Source of the DNA: Minisyncoccia bacterium
GTDB lineage: Bacteria > Patescibacteriota > Minisyncoccia > UBA6257 > 2-01-FULL-56-20
Direction of reading: 5' to 3'
Length of the DNA: 64,000 nt
Assembly (NCBI GenBank): GCA_049997875.1
Contig: JBEKRC010000002.1
Location: 2,755 to 66,754 of the forward strand
In this document: piece by piece, positions 46,489 through 54,529 of the stretch
Numbering within the stretch: the stretch's first letter is position 1
Layout: the number at the start of each line of letters is the position of its first letter
The notes under the pieces: generated by a model
Databases searched by the model: none
What the model saw: the letters and a program-made list of their open reading frames with translations, nothing else
Told to the model about the DNA's origin: nothing
Program-made: the position numbers and the translations under genes

Positions 46489-48264
46489 ATGGGACCCGAA
46501 ACGAAAACCTGCCAAAATTGCAAACAGTCGTTCGTCATTGACCCGGAGGATTTTCGGTTCTACGAAAAGATCGGCGTGCCGCCGCCCACCTGGTGCCCCG
46601 AGTGCCGGATGATACGGCGGATGGTGTGGAGAAATGAGCGCTCGTGGCATCGGAGAAGATGTGATGCGACGGGAAAGAACATACTCTCCATGTTTGCGCC
46701 CGATATGCCGTACAAAGTTTACGAACAGACGTTCTGGAAAAGTGATGCGTGGGATCCGCTCTCCTACGGTCGCGACTATGATTTTTCGAAACCGTTCTTC
46801 ACGCAGTTTCAGGAATTGCTCGTTGCCGTTCCTCATCCCAATCTCATCCAGAAAAATGCGGTGAATAGTGAATATTCCAACTATACCGTCAATGTCAAAA
46901 ATTGTTATTTCTTCGGAGGGGCTGCCACCGCCGAAGACAGTGGATACGGCTTCCCGCCGAACGTTCGGATCCGGGAATGCTTTGATGTTCACACGATGGG
47001 GGATGCGGAATCCTGTTATGATTCCGTTGATATTGAACAGTCGCAGGGGTTACGATTTTCGCAAAGTTGCGTCGGGTGCAGCAATTCGTATTTTCTTTAT
47101 GATTGCCGGAATTGCACCGATTGTTTTGGTTGCGTCGGGTTGCGCAACAAACAGTTTTATATATTCAATGAGGCACATTCCCGGGAGGAATATGCCAAAA
47201 GGCTCACTTCATTTATGCCAGGGACTTTCTCTGGCATCGCAGCCGCCCGTGAAAAGTTCAATGAGCTGAAGCTCGGATTCCCGAGGAAATACGCCGCAAT
47301 CCTGAAATCGGAGCGGGTGACCGGCGACGACATTGTGAATGCGCGCGATTGTACCTACTGCTTTGACGCAAAGAGAGAGGTGCAAAATTGCAAGTATTCG
47401 TTCCGTGTCCTTGATAACACAAAAGATGGCTATGATGGTCTCACGGCATGGGACGGTACAGAACTATTCTATGAAGTGATGAGCGTCACGGGGCAGCGGG
47501 TTATTGGCTCGGCCTGTATCTGGGGAGGATTTGACGTGATTCATTCTTACAATTGCTTTGATTGCAATAATGTCGTGGGGTGCATCGGATTGCACAACAA
47601 GTCGTACTGTATTTTCAACAAACAATACGGCGAGGGAGAGTATAAGGAACTTTCGCCGCGGATTCTCGCTCAGATGGATGAAGTACCCTATGTTGATCAA
47701 CGAGGAAGATCATACGGGCACGGCGACTTCTTCCCGCCAGATCTTGTGCCGTTTGCCTACAATGAAACCTTGGCACAAGATTATTTTCCAAAGACGAAAG
47801 AGGAAGCAGTTGCGATGGGATTTCGGTGGCGCGAGACCGAAGATAAAAAATATCAGATTACCATGAAGGTTGAAAAACTTCCAGATGACATTCATGCAGT
47901 TTCAGATTCCATACTCAATGAGGTGATTGAGTGCGCGCACGAGGACAAGTGCAACGATCACTGCGCGAAAGCGTTTCGCATTGTGCCGCAAGAACTCCAA
48001 TTTCTTAGAAAGATGAACGTACCCTTGCCGCGATTGTGTCCATCGTGTCGACAGATGGAACGGCTCCGACTTAAAAATCCGCTTCGGCTGTGGCATCGAC
48101 GCTGTGAGTGCAATGGTTCTCAATCTGCGAATGGGAGATATAGAAATGTCGCCGCGCACTCCCACGGTAAAAGTTTGTGTCCGACGGAATTTGAAACACC
48201 GTATGCGCCTGACCGTTCAGAGATTGTCTACTGCGAGCGGTGCTACAACGCGGAAGTGGTGTAG
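46489..48264 (+). CDS. Cys-rich tandem-paralog protein 6
   Basis: ATG at 46489. 591 aa. MGPETKTCQNCKQSFVIDPEDFRFYEKIGVPPPTWCPECRMIRR, and a C-terminus LPRLCPSCRQMERLRLKNP...CPTEFETPYAPDRSEIVYCERCYNAEVV. Confidence 0.8.
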   Translation: MGPETKTCQNCKQSFVIDPEDFRFYEKIGVPPPTWCPECRMIRRMVWRNERSWHRRRCDATGKNILSMFAPDMPYKVYEQTFWKSDAWDPLSYGRDYDFSKPFFTQFQELLVAVPHPNLIQKNAVNSEYSNYTVNVKNCYFFGGAATAEDSGYGFPPNVRIRECFDVHTMGDAESCYDSVDIEQSQGLRFSQSCVGCSNSYFLYDCRNCTDCFGCVGLRNKQFYIFNEAHSREEYAKRLTSFMPGTFSGIAAAREKFNELKLGFPRKYAAILKSERVTGDDIVNARDCTYCFDAKREVQNCKYSFRVLDNTKDGYDGLTAWDGTELFYEVMSVTGQRVIGSACIWGGFDVIHSYNCFDCNNVVGCIGLHNKSYCIFNKQYGEGEYKELSPRILAQMDEVPYVDQRGRSYGHGDFFPPDLVPFAYNETLAQDYFPKTKEEAVAMGFRWRETEDKKYQITMKVEKLPDDIHAVSDSILNEVIECAHEDKCNDHCAKAFRIVPQELQFLRKMNVPLPRLCPSCRQMERLRLKNPLRLWHRRCECNGSQSANGRYRNVAAHSHGKSLCPTEFETPYAPDRSEIVYCERCYNAEVV

Positions 48265-48310
48265 TAACGCTGGCAGAATCGCCAAAATCGTGGTATCATA
48301 AGAGCAGAAT

Positions 48311-50311
48311 ATGGAGGAAGTTCCCGAAAAAAACGTCATTTATTTCGCACGAACCGATTTTCGCAATCAAGACCGGCTTTTTGGTATCAAGCGGAGCGAT
48401 CGGCGCCAGCACATGTATGTCATAGGAAAAACCGGCACCGGCAAAAGCGCGCTCCTCAACAACATGGCCGTGCAGGACATCGCGAACGGCGAGGGGCTTT
48501 GCGTGGTGGACCCGCACGGCGAGCTCGTGGAGGGACTCATGAAAAGGATTCCGGAGGAAAGGATGAAAGATGTCATCTATTTCAATCCGGCAGATACGGA
48601 TTTTCACATCGGCTTCAACGTATTGGAGCTGCCCGATCCGAAGTACAAGCACCTTGTGGCATCGGGGCTCATGGGAATTTTCACGAAGATCTGGGCAGGC
48701 GTCTGGTCGCCGCGCATGGAATACATTTTGAATAATTGCGTGCTCGCGCTCCTGGACACTCCGGGTTCCACGCTCCTCGGCATCCCTCGGCTTCTGACCG
48801 ACAAAGATTACCGGCAGAAGATTATCACGAACATAAAGGACCCTGTTGTGAAAGCCTTCTGGATCCATGAATTTGAAGGATGGCAGGACCGGTTCAGGAA
48901 CGAGGCCATCGCGCCGATCCAAAACAAGGTAGGCCAATTTCTTTCCACCTCTCTCGTGCGCAACATCGTCGGCCAATCAAAGAGCACTGTGGACATTTTT
49001 GACGTGATGAACGAGGGAAAAATCTTCCTCGTAAACGTTTCCAAGGGCCGCATCGGGGAAGACAACTCTGCGCTCCTGGGCGCGATGCTTATCACGAAAA
49101 TCCAGCTTTCGGCAATGGAGCGCGTGCGCGTCCCCGAGGACGAACGCGTGGACTTTTATCTTTATGTGGACGAGTTCCAGAACTTCGCCACGGATTCTTT
49201 CGCGGGCATCCTTTCCGAAGCGCGGAAGTACCGCCTGGATCTTATTCTTGCGCACCAATATATCGGCCAGCTCGTCACCGATACGTCCACAAGGGTGCGC
49301 GACGCGATCTTTGGCAACGTGGGAACGATGGTCACGTTCCGGGTGGGTGCTACCGATGCGGAGTTCCTGGAGAACGAGTTCACGCCCGAGTTCGTGATAG
49401 AAGACATCGTGAATCTTCCGAATTATTCCATCTATCTGAAGCTTATGGTGGATGGCGTGACCGCGCGCCCATTTTCCGCAATCACGCTCCCGCCGCTTCA
49501 GGTGAAAACCTCCGCGATGGTGGAATCCGAAATCATTAGGATGTCACAGAAGCGCTACGCCCGGCCGCGCGAGATCGTAGAGGAAGAAATCAATCGCTGG
49601 AGCGGCGTGATGGGACCGCCTGCGGCTACCAGTGCGGAAAAGAAAGGCGGAGATGCGACGAGGTACGAAGCCATATGTTCTTCATGCGGCAAGATGACGA
49701 CGCTGCCGTTTGAGCCGACGCCGGGCCGGCCGGTGTATTGCCGCGATTGTCTGAAAAAAATTGAGGCCGGCGAGCTCCAGCCGGTACGGGTGCCGCGCGC
49801 GTCAGTCGCGCGCGCGAGGCCGCAGAAAAAATACGCAGATGATTTGAGTTATCTCGGCATTGAGTTCCCGGAGCAGGGAGCGCCGGCCGAGCCGCAGTCC
49901 ACGGCAAGAAGGGCGCCCACGCCGGTGCGCCCCATGGGTTCCATGGACGGAAGGGAAAGGACAGGGGTAGGGGTAGGAGCGCCAATTTCCGGTTCCGAGC
50001 CAAAAGCGGTTATGCCAACCTCCGTACCGGTCACTGCGCCAACCGCGCCGCCATCCGCCGAGCCATCGGAGCGGACGCTTTCGCTGTCCGAATTGAAATC
50101 GGCGGATCGGAAACCGAAGCTGAAGAAATTGCAACAACATGAGGTGATCAACATTTCCGAACTTCGGGAGGCAATCAAGGCATCATTGAGCGCGGATATC
50201 GGTGCGGGTCCCGCGCAGGCCGCCGAGGTGGAAAAAAGCGACAGCGCCGACGCCGATAAGCAGGATGGCGAAGAAGACAACAGCGACGCGGAGCATGTGC
50301 GCCGCATTTGA
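48311..50311 (+). CDS. FtsK/HerA-superfamily P-loop ATPase, paralog 2, with C-terminal zinc ribbon and an acidic low-complexity tail
   Basis: GKTGTGKS Walker A, VVDPHGE, DFYLYVDEFQNF. The C-terminus carries CSSCGKMTTLPFEPTPGRPVYCRDCL, then a Pro/Ala/Glu-rich tail. Confidence 0.7.
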   Translation: MEEVPEKNVIYFARTDFRNQDRLFGIKRSDRRQHMYVIGKTGTGKSALLNNMAVQDIANGEGLCVVDPHGELVEGLMKRIPEERMKDVIYFNPADTDFHIGFNVLELPDPKYKHLVASGLMGIFTKIWAGVWSPRMEYILNNCVLALLDTPGSTLLGIPRLLTDKDYRQKIITNIKDPVVKAFWIHEFEGWQDRFRNEAIAPIQNKVGQFLSTSLVRNIVGQSKSTVDIFDVMNEGKIFLVNVSKGRIGEDNSALLGAMLITKIQLSAMERVRVPEDERVDFYLYVDEFQNFATDSFAGILSEARKYRLDLILAHQYIGQLVTDTSTRVRDAIFGNVGTMVTFRVGATDAEFLENEFTPEFVIEDIVNLPNYSIYLKLMVDGVTARPFSAITLPPLQVKTSAMVESEIIRMSQKRYARPREIVEEEINRWSGVMGPPAATSAEKKGGDATRYEAICSSCGKMTTLPFEPTPGRPVYCRDCLKKIEAGELQPVRVPRASVARARPQKKYADDLSYLGIEFPEQGAPAEPQSTARRAPTPVRPMGSMDGRERTGVGVGAPISGSEPKAVMPTSVPVTAPTAPPSAEPSERTLSLSELKSADRKPKLKKLQQHEVINISELREAIKASLSADIGAGPAQAAEVEKSDSADADKQDGEEDNSDAEHVRRI

Positions 50312-50444
50312 CTTTTTATGAGCACCGGAGCATACTGGAAGAAATGAAGCATTTTGCCCCAAAGTTTTACTTCTGGTTTAGCACGCAACCTCTCTCGAAG
50401 AAGGGGCACTTTGTTTAATCGTTAACGCGCAATATCCCAACAAA

Positions 50445-50475
50445 CAACCTCTTCTTCGGAAGAGGTTGTTTCGTT
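50445..50475 (+). terminator. Stem-loop with a T-rich tail downstream of ATPase 2
   Basis: AACCTCTTC-ttcg-GAAGAGGTT is a perfect 9-bp stem (50446-50467), followed by GTTTCGTTT. Confidence 0.45.
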
Positions 50476-50530
50476 TAACATCTATCTTCCGAAAGGTTCG
50501 TTGTCATAAATATAAATCAGGAGGAATGTC

Positions 50531-50791
50531 GTGAACAAGCCAGAGATTCTGGAAACAGCAAGGAAGTGGGCAAGCGAAATACCAAACGAGAGGCGACCAT
50601 CGGCACTCAGCCTTCTACGAGCGTTCTCCCCCGTATCAGCGGAAAAAAAGGCTCACGCGATGCAAGGTAACGGATTGCCCCTTCCGGGATGCATCACGGG
50701 AACGGCGACCCCAGAGAGAGATATTCAAAAGTTTTGTGCTGCAGCCCTTAGGATTCTTGAGGGCGACAACAGTAGTGGCGGTGGTCCATGA
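50531..50791 (+). CDS. hypothetical protein (86 aa)
   Basis: AGGAGG is 8 nt upstream of GTG 50531. No family recognised. Confidence 0.4.
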   Translation: MNKPEILETARKWASEIPNERRPSALSLLRAFSPVSAEKKAHAMQGNGLPLPGCITGTATPERDIQKFCAAALRILEGDNSSGGGP

Positions 50792-50802
50792 GGAACATTC
50801 GG

Positions 50803-50857
50803 CCCCTGGCGCATGCAAGTGCAAGATCGCACGACGCGCCAGGGGAGTTTTATTTAT
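50803..50857 (+). terminator. Candidate intrinsic terminator
   Basis: CCCCTGGCGC (50803-50812) pairs with GCGCCAGGGG (50836-50845), the loop has an inner GTGC/GCAC pairing, and a TTTTATTTAT tail follows. Confidence 0.4.
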
Positions 50858-50860
50858 GGG

Positions 50861-50868
50861 TGTATAAT
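50861..50868 (+). promoter_or_regulatory. Extended -10 (TGTATAAT) upstream of the ATP-cone gene
   Basis: TGTATAAT at 50861-50868, about 34 nt before ATG 50902. Confidence 0.35.
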
Positions 50869-50901
50869 AGTGGTAAAAGGTCGAAAACATAGACCACTTA
50901 C

Positions 50902-51192
50902 ATGGCGAAACAGGTCATTAAAAAGGGCGGGAAGCGCGAGCCGTTTCGGGCCGAAAAGTTGAAGAAGTCCGTCCGCATGGCGTGTAAGGATGCTCACGTG
51001 GGGGCGGTGTGCGCGAAGAGAGTAGTGACGAAAGTTGCCGGTCCCGTGTTGCGCTTTGCGGCGAAACGGAAAACGGTCAAGGTCGCTACGTTGCGGAAGA
51101 AAGTGCTCGCGGGGTTGCGAAAGGTGGAACCGAAAGCGGCGAAGGCATGGCTGCGGTACGAACGCCGACATCGGGCTCGCAGGCGCCGCTGA
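50902..51192 (+). CDS. stand-alone ATP-cone domain protein
   Basis: MAKQVIKKGGKREPFRAEKLKKSVRMA... matches the ATP-cone consensus (VIKRDGxxEPFDxxKI) seen at NrdR/NrdA N-termini. 96 aa with an Arg-rich tail. Confidence 0.5.
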   Translation: MAKQVIKKGGKREPFRAEKLKKSVRMACKDAHVGAVCAKRVVTKVAGPVLRFAAKRKTVKVATLRKKVLAGLRKVEPKAAKAWLRYERRHRARRRR

Positions 51193-51216
51193 TGCAAGGG
51201 TTGGCGATGCGTGCAC

Positions 51217-51247
51217 CAAAAAACGGCGCCCATGCGCCGTCTTTTGA
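51217..51247. terminator. Bidirectional terminator between convergent genes
   Basis: A-run, then the stem ACGGCGC-ccat-GCGCCGT, then CTTTTGA, lying between the stops at 51192 (+) and 51283 (-). Confidence 0.55.
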
Positions 51248-51282
51248 TGGGACTTTTATTGTCCAACCTGCTCCCAAACCGG

Positions 51283-51789
51283 TCACTGGACCCACTTCGG
51301 AGGATGCTCGCGATCTTCCACTTTGTCTTTTAGTCCAGATTTGGGAGAATCCTCATTTGGCAATTCAGATCTGATCCTGTGCAGTTCTTCAACGACTTCT
51401 TCAAATTCCTTACTCCCGGCTTCGTCTCCCTCACCTTTCTTCGTTGGTTTGGCATCAAGCTCGGTGAATTTCTGGTATGCGTGAACCAAGTCAATGGCTC
51501 TCGCGATAAGATCTTTAGGGTTGACACCCTCGGTTTTCTTTAAAGTGAGGTCTTTGATGATCTCATCGTGCAATTCGGGTGGCAGCGCGGAGAAAATCTC
51601 AAAGAGACGTTTGTATTTTACAAGAACGTTATTTTCGTCCTCCAGTGCTTTCGGAACCGTGAATTCGTTTTGTGCCTGGCTGAGGGGGACAAGCCGGCCG
51701 CGCCTCACCGCATTACCTTTGCGTTCTTCTGCTCTGCTTTCTTCAAGCCCTCTTTCCCACAGTTCCGACTCACCGCTTTCTGTGGACAT
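51283..51789 (-). CDS. hypothetical acidic protein
   Basis: ATG at 51789 (MSTESGESELW...), 169 aa. The longer ORF reaching 51933 overlaps the upstream ABC gene. Confidence 0.4.
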   Translation of the reverse strand: MSTESGESELWERGLEESRAEERKGNAVRRGRLVPLSQAQNEFTVPKALEDENNVLVKYKRLFEIFSALPPELHDEIIKDLTLKKTEGVNPKDLIARAIDLVHAYQKFTELDAKPTKKGEGDEAGSKEFEEVVEELHRIRSELPNEDSPKSGLKDKVEDREHPPKWVQ

Positions 51790-51799
51790 TTCTTTATGA

Positions 51800-53605
51800 T
51801 TATAACACAGATTTCTCTTCTCCTTTATCCTCGCGGAATCCGCCGGCCTGGATACTCCACAATTTTTGATAAAGGCCGCCCTGCGTGAGAAGGTCGCGAT
51901 GGTTGCCGTGGGCGACGATCTTCCCGTTCTCAATGACCATAATGCGGTCCATCTTCATGATGGTGGAAAGGCGGTGGGCGATTACCATGACGGTCTTTCC
52001 TTTCATGAGCGTTTGGAGAGCGTCCTGAATCAGGGCTTCGGATTCGGAGTCCAAACTTGACGTGGCTTCGTCCAAGACGAGGATGGGCGCGTTTTTGAGG
52101 ATCGCACGGGCGATAGCCACTCTTTGGCGTTCGCCGCCGGAGAGCTTCACGCCCCGTTCTCCCACAAAGGTTTGATATCCTTCAGGCAGCGCCATGATGA
52201 ATTCATGACAGTGCGCCTTTTTCGCCGCCGCGATCACTTCGCCGTCGCTCGCACCACGCCTGCCGTAGCGGATGTTTTCCATAAGCGTTCGGTGGAAAAG
52301 GATCGGCTCCTGCGGTACGAAGGCGATCGCGTCGCGCAAGCTGTCCTGCGTGACGGCGACAATGTTCTGCCCGTCTATTTCAATCTCGCCTTCTTGTATG
52401 TCATAGAGCCGCAGAAGCAATTTGGTGATGGTTGTTTTGCCGGCGCCCGAGGGTCCCACGAGCGCGATTTTTTCACCGCTTGCGACAAGGAGGTCAAAAT
52501 CCTGCAGTACCGGGCGGTTTTCGTAAAAATAGAAATTAACATGCTTGAACGCAATCTCCGCGCGACTTACGTTGAGCGGCATCGCATTCGGGCGGTCCTG
52601 GATCTCGTGAGGCGTTTTGAGGATTTCCACCATCTCTACCGCATCCGCAAAGGCGTCGTAGAAACGGCGCAGGTCCCTGTTCATTCCGGTAAGCTGGTCA
52701 AAAAGGCCCAGAAGGTAGCTTTGGATCAATACGAAATCGCCAACGGTGATGAGCTGTCGCTCGTAGAAGATCACGGCGCCATAGAGGAGCCCGATATTGA
52801 TCCCTGTCATAAGAATGCCTTGTATGGACCAGATGAGTTCGTCGGCGTTCCAGGAGCGCATCACCGTCTTGCGCCAAAATACCACGACGCTCTCAAAAAG
52901 GCCGAGCTCGTGCGCGCTGCCCGAGAAGAGCGCTATGGTATTTTGGTTTGAGATTGCGTCCGCAAGCGCCCCCACCATTTTGCTGTCCGCTTCGGAGCGT
53001 GCTACGCGGAGCGGCTGCCGCAGGCGCGCGACAAAAAGCTGGAAGAGGACGAAACAGATGACCCAGATGCCGAGCGCGATGCCAAGCGTGTGATTGCGGA
53101 TAAAGAGGACGGTTACGACGCCGACCACGAAAATTGCGGCAGGAAAGAACGTGATCATAATGCTGTCCATCATTGTTTCAAATGAGGCGGCGAACTTGCT
53201 TACCCTGCGCGTAAGGGTGCCGCTGAAACGGGAGATGAAAAAGTGATATGAGTGTTTGATAAGATAATCAAACGCGGATGAATAGAGGGAGGCCATCACG
53301 CCCGAGTCAAGATAATTGAGGCCGTAGATCTGCGCGCGGCGCATGAGCCAGCCACCAAGAGAAACGGCGGCGATCACGCCTACAAGGACGAGCAGGTGAT
53401 GTGCCGCACTTGGCGCGCCATTGTAAACGACGAGGATGTTGAAAAGTTGGCGCAGATAGAGAGGTGAGATAAGACCCGCCGCCTGGATACCGATCGAGCC
53501 GAGAAACACCAACCAAAAAAGCCATAGGTGCTTGCGCACCTCGCGGATGTATGCGCCGAACACATCGTGTGCCCGTACGTCGGGTTTTTCGGGGACGTTC
53601 GCCAT
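51800..53605 (-). CDS. ABC exporter, fused TMD-NBD (MsbA/type I exporter-like)
   Basis: Six N-terminal TM helices. GPSGAGKTT, LSGGERQRVAIARA and ILVLDEATSSLD lie in the C-terminal half. Confidence 0.85.
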   Translation of the reverse strand: MANVPEKPDVRAHDVFGAYIREVRKHLWLFWLVFLGSIGIQAAGLISPLYLRQLFNILVVYNGAPSAAHHLLVLVGVIAAVSLGGWLMRRAQIYGLNYLDSGVMASLYSSAFDYLIKHSYHFFISRFSGTLTRRVSKFAASFETMMDSIMITFFPAAIFVVGVVTVLFIRNHTLGIALGIWVICFVLFQLFVARLRQPLRVARSEADSKMVGALADAISNQNTIALFSGSAHELGLFESVVVFWRKTVMRSWNADELIWSIQGILMTGINIGLLYGAVIFYERQLITVGDFVLIQSYLLGLFDQLTGMNRDLRRFYDAFADAVEMVEILKTPHEIQDRPNAMPLNVSRAEIAFKHVNFYFYENRPVLQDFDLLVASGEKIALVGPSGAGKTTITKLLLRLYDIQEGEIEIDGQNIVAVTQDSLRDAIAFVPQEPILFHRTLMENIRYGRRGASDGEVIAAAKKAHCHEFIMALPEGYQTFVGERGVKLSGGERQRVAIARAILKNAPILVLDEATSSLDSESEALIQDALQTLMKGKTVMVIAHRLSTIMKMDRIMVIENGKIVAHGNHRDLLTQGGLYQKLWSIQAGGFREDKGEEKSVL

Positions 53606-53614
53606 AAGAAAATA

Positions 53615-54529
53615 CTAAAGCACGGAGCGGAGAAGCGCCATCCGGACGTAGACGCCGTTCTTGGTCTGCCGGAAATATGCCGCTCGCACATCGTCATCCA
53701 CTTCCTTTGCGATTTCGTTCACGCGGGGCAGGGGATGCATGATGATCGCTTCCTTCTTGAGCACCGAAAGTACCCTGCTATCAATGGTGTACGAGTTTTT
53801 CACCCTGTCGTATTCCGCCTCCGAAGAAAATCGTTCTTTTTGCACCCGCGTGACCGAAAGCACATCGGTCTTCCCCGCGATCGCTTTGATATCAGCTGAT
53901 TCTTCCACCGGGATCTTGCGCTCTTTGAGATATGCGACATATTCGTCGGGAAGCCGCAGCTGCGGCGGCGTGACGCAGTACACGCGCACATTGCGGAAGA
54001 GGGGGAGAAGATACACGGTGGAGTGAACCGTGCGGCTGTAGCGCAGGTCGCCGACGAAGGTGATCACAAGGTCGTCCAATCTTCCGAGTTCCTTCTGCAC
54101 GGTATAGAGGTCGAGGAGCGCCTGCGTGGGGTGTTCCTTGCTGCCGTCGCCCGCGTTTATGACCGGCACGGGCGAGGTGGATGCCATCCGTTCTGCGGCG
54201 CCCGCTTCGGGATGGCGGACGATGATTGCGTTTGCATAGCCGCCGACCACGCGCGCCGTATCCTCCAGCGTTTCGCCTTTCTTTGCGGAAGAAAATTCAC
54301 TCGCGCTTTCGGCGGAGATGACGTTGCCGCCGAGCTTGTACATCGCGGTCTCAAACGAGAACCGGGTGCGCGTGCTCGGTTCGTAGAATATGGTAGCGGC
54401 AATTTTTCCGGCACATTCTACGGAGAGCTTCCCTTCCTTGTCCCGCTTTTCCATTTCTCCTGCGGTCCGGAAGAGTTTCTCAAGGAGCGATCTATCAAGG
54501 AATTGTTTTGCGCTTAAAATATGCTTCAT
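53615..54529 (-). CDS. pyrB: aspartate carbamoyltransferase catalytic subunit
   Basis: STRTR, HPTQ and HPLP motifs. 304 aa. Confidence 0.9.
   Translation of the reverse strand: MKHILSAKQFLDRSLLEKLFRTAGEMEKRDKEGKLSVECAGKIAATIFYEPSTRTRFSFETAMYKLGGNVISAESASEFSSAKKGETLEDTARVVGGYANAIIVRHPEAGAAERMASTSPVPVINAGDGSKEHPTQALLDLYTVQKELGRLDDLVITFVGDLRYSRTVHSTVYLLPLFRNVRVYCVTPPQLRLPDEYVAYLKERKIPVEESADIKAIAGKTDVLSVTRVQKERFSSEAEYDRVKNSYTIDSRVLSVLKKEAIIMHPLPRVNEIAKEVDDDVRAAYFRQTKNGVYVRMALLRSVL

Noticed and set aside
46195-46992. 265-aa minus-strand ORF spanning the paralog 5/6 junction
   Set aside because: Antisense to two conserved paralogs. Arg/Gly-rich shadow translation.
37147-48264. Cys-rich paralogs as multihaem cytochromes, radical SAM enzymes or secreted adhesins
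   Set aside because: No CxxCH haem-binding motifs, no CxxxCxxC radical-SAM triad, and no signal peptides or TM segments. The cysteine spacing is CxxC/CxxCxGC zinc-ribbon-like.
48296-48976. 226-aa minus-strand ORF antisense to ATPase 2
   Set aside because: Shadow ORF inside a gene with clear Walker motifs on the + strand.
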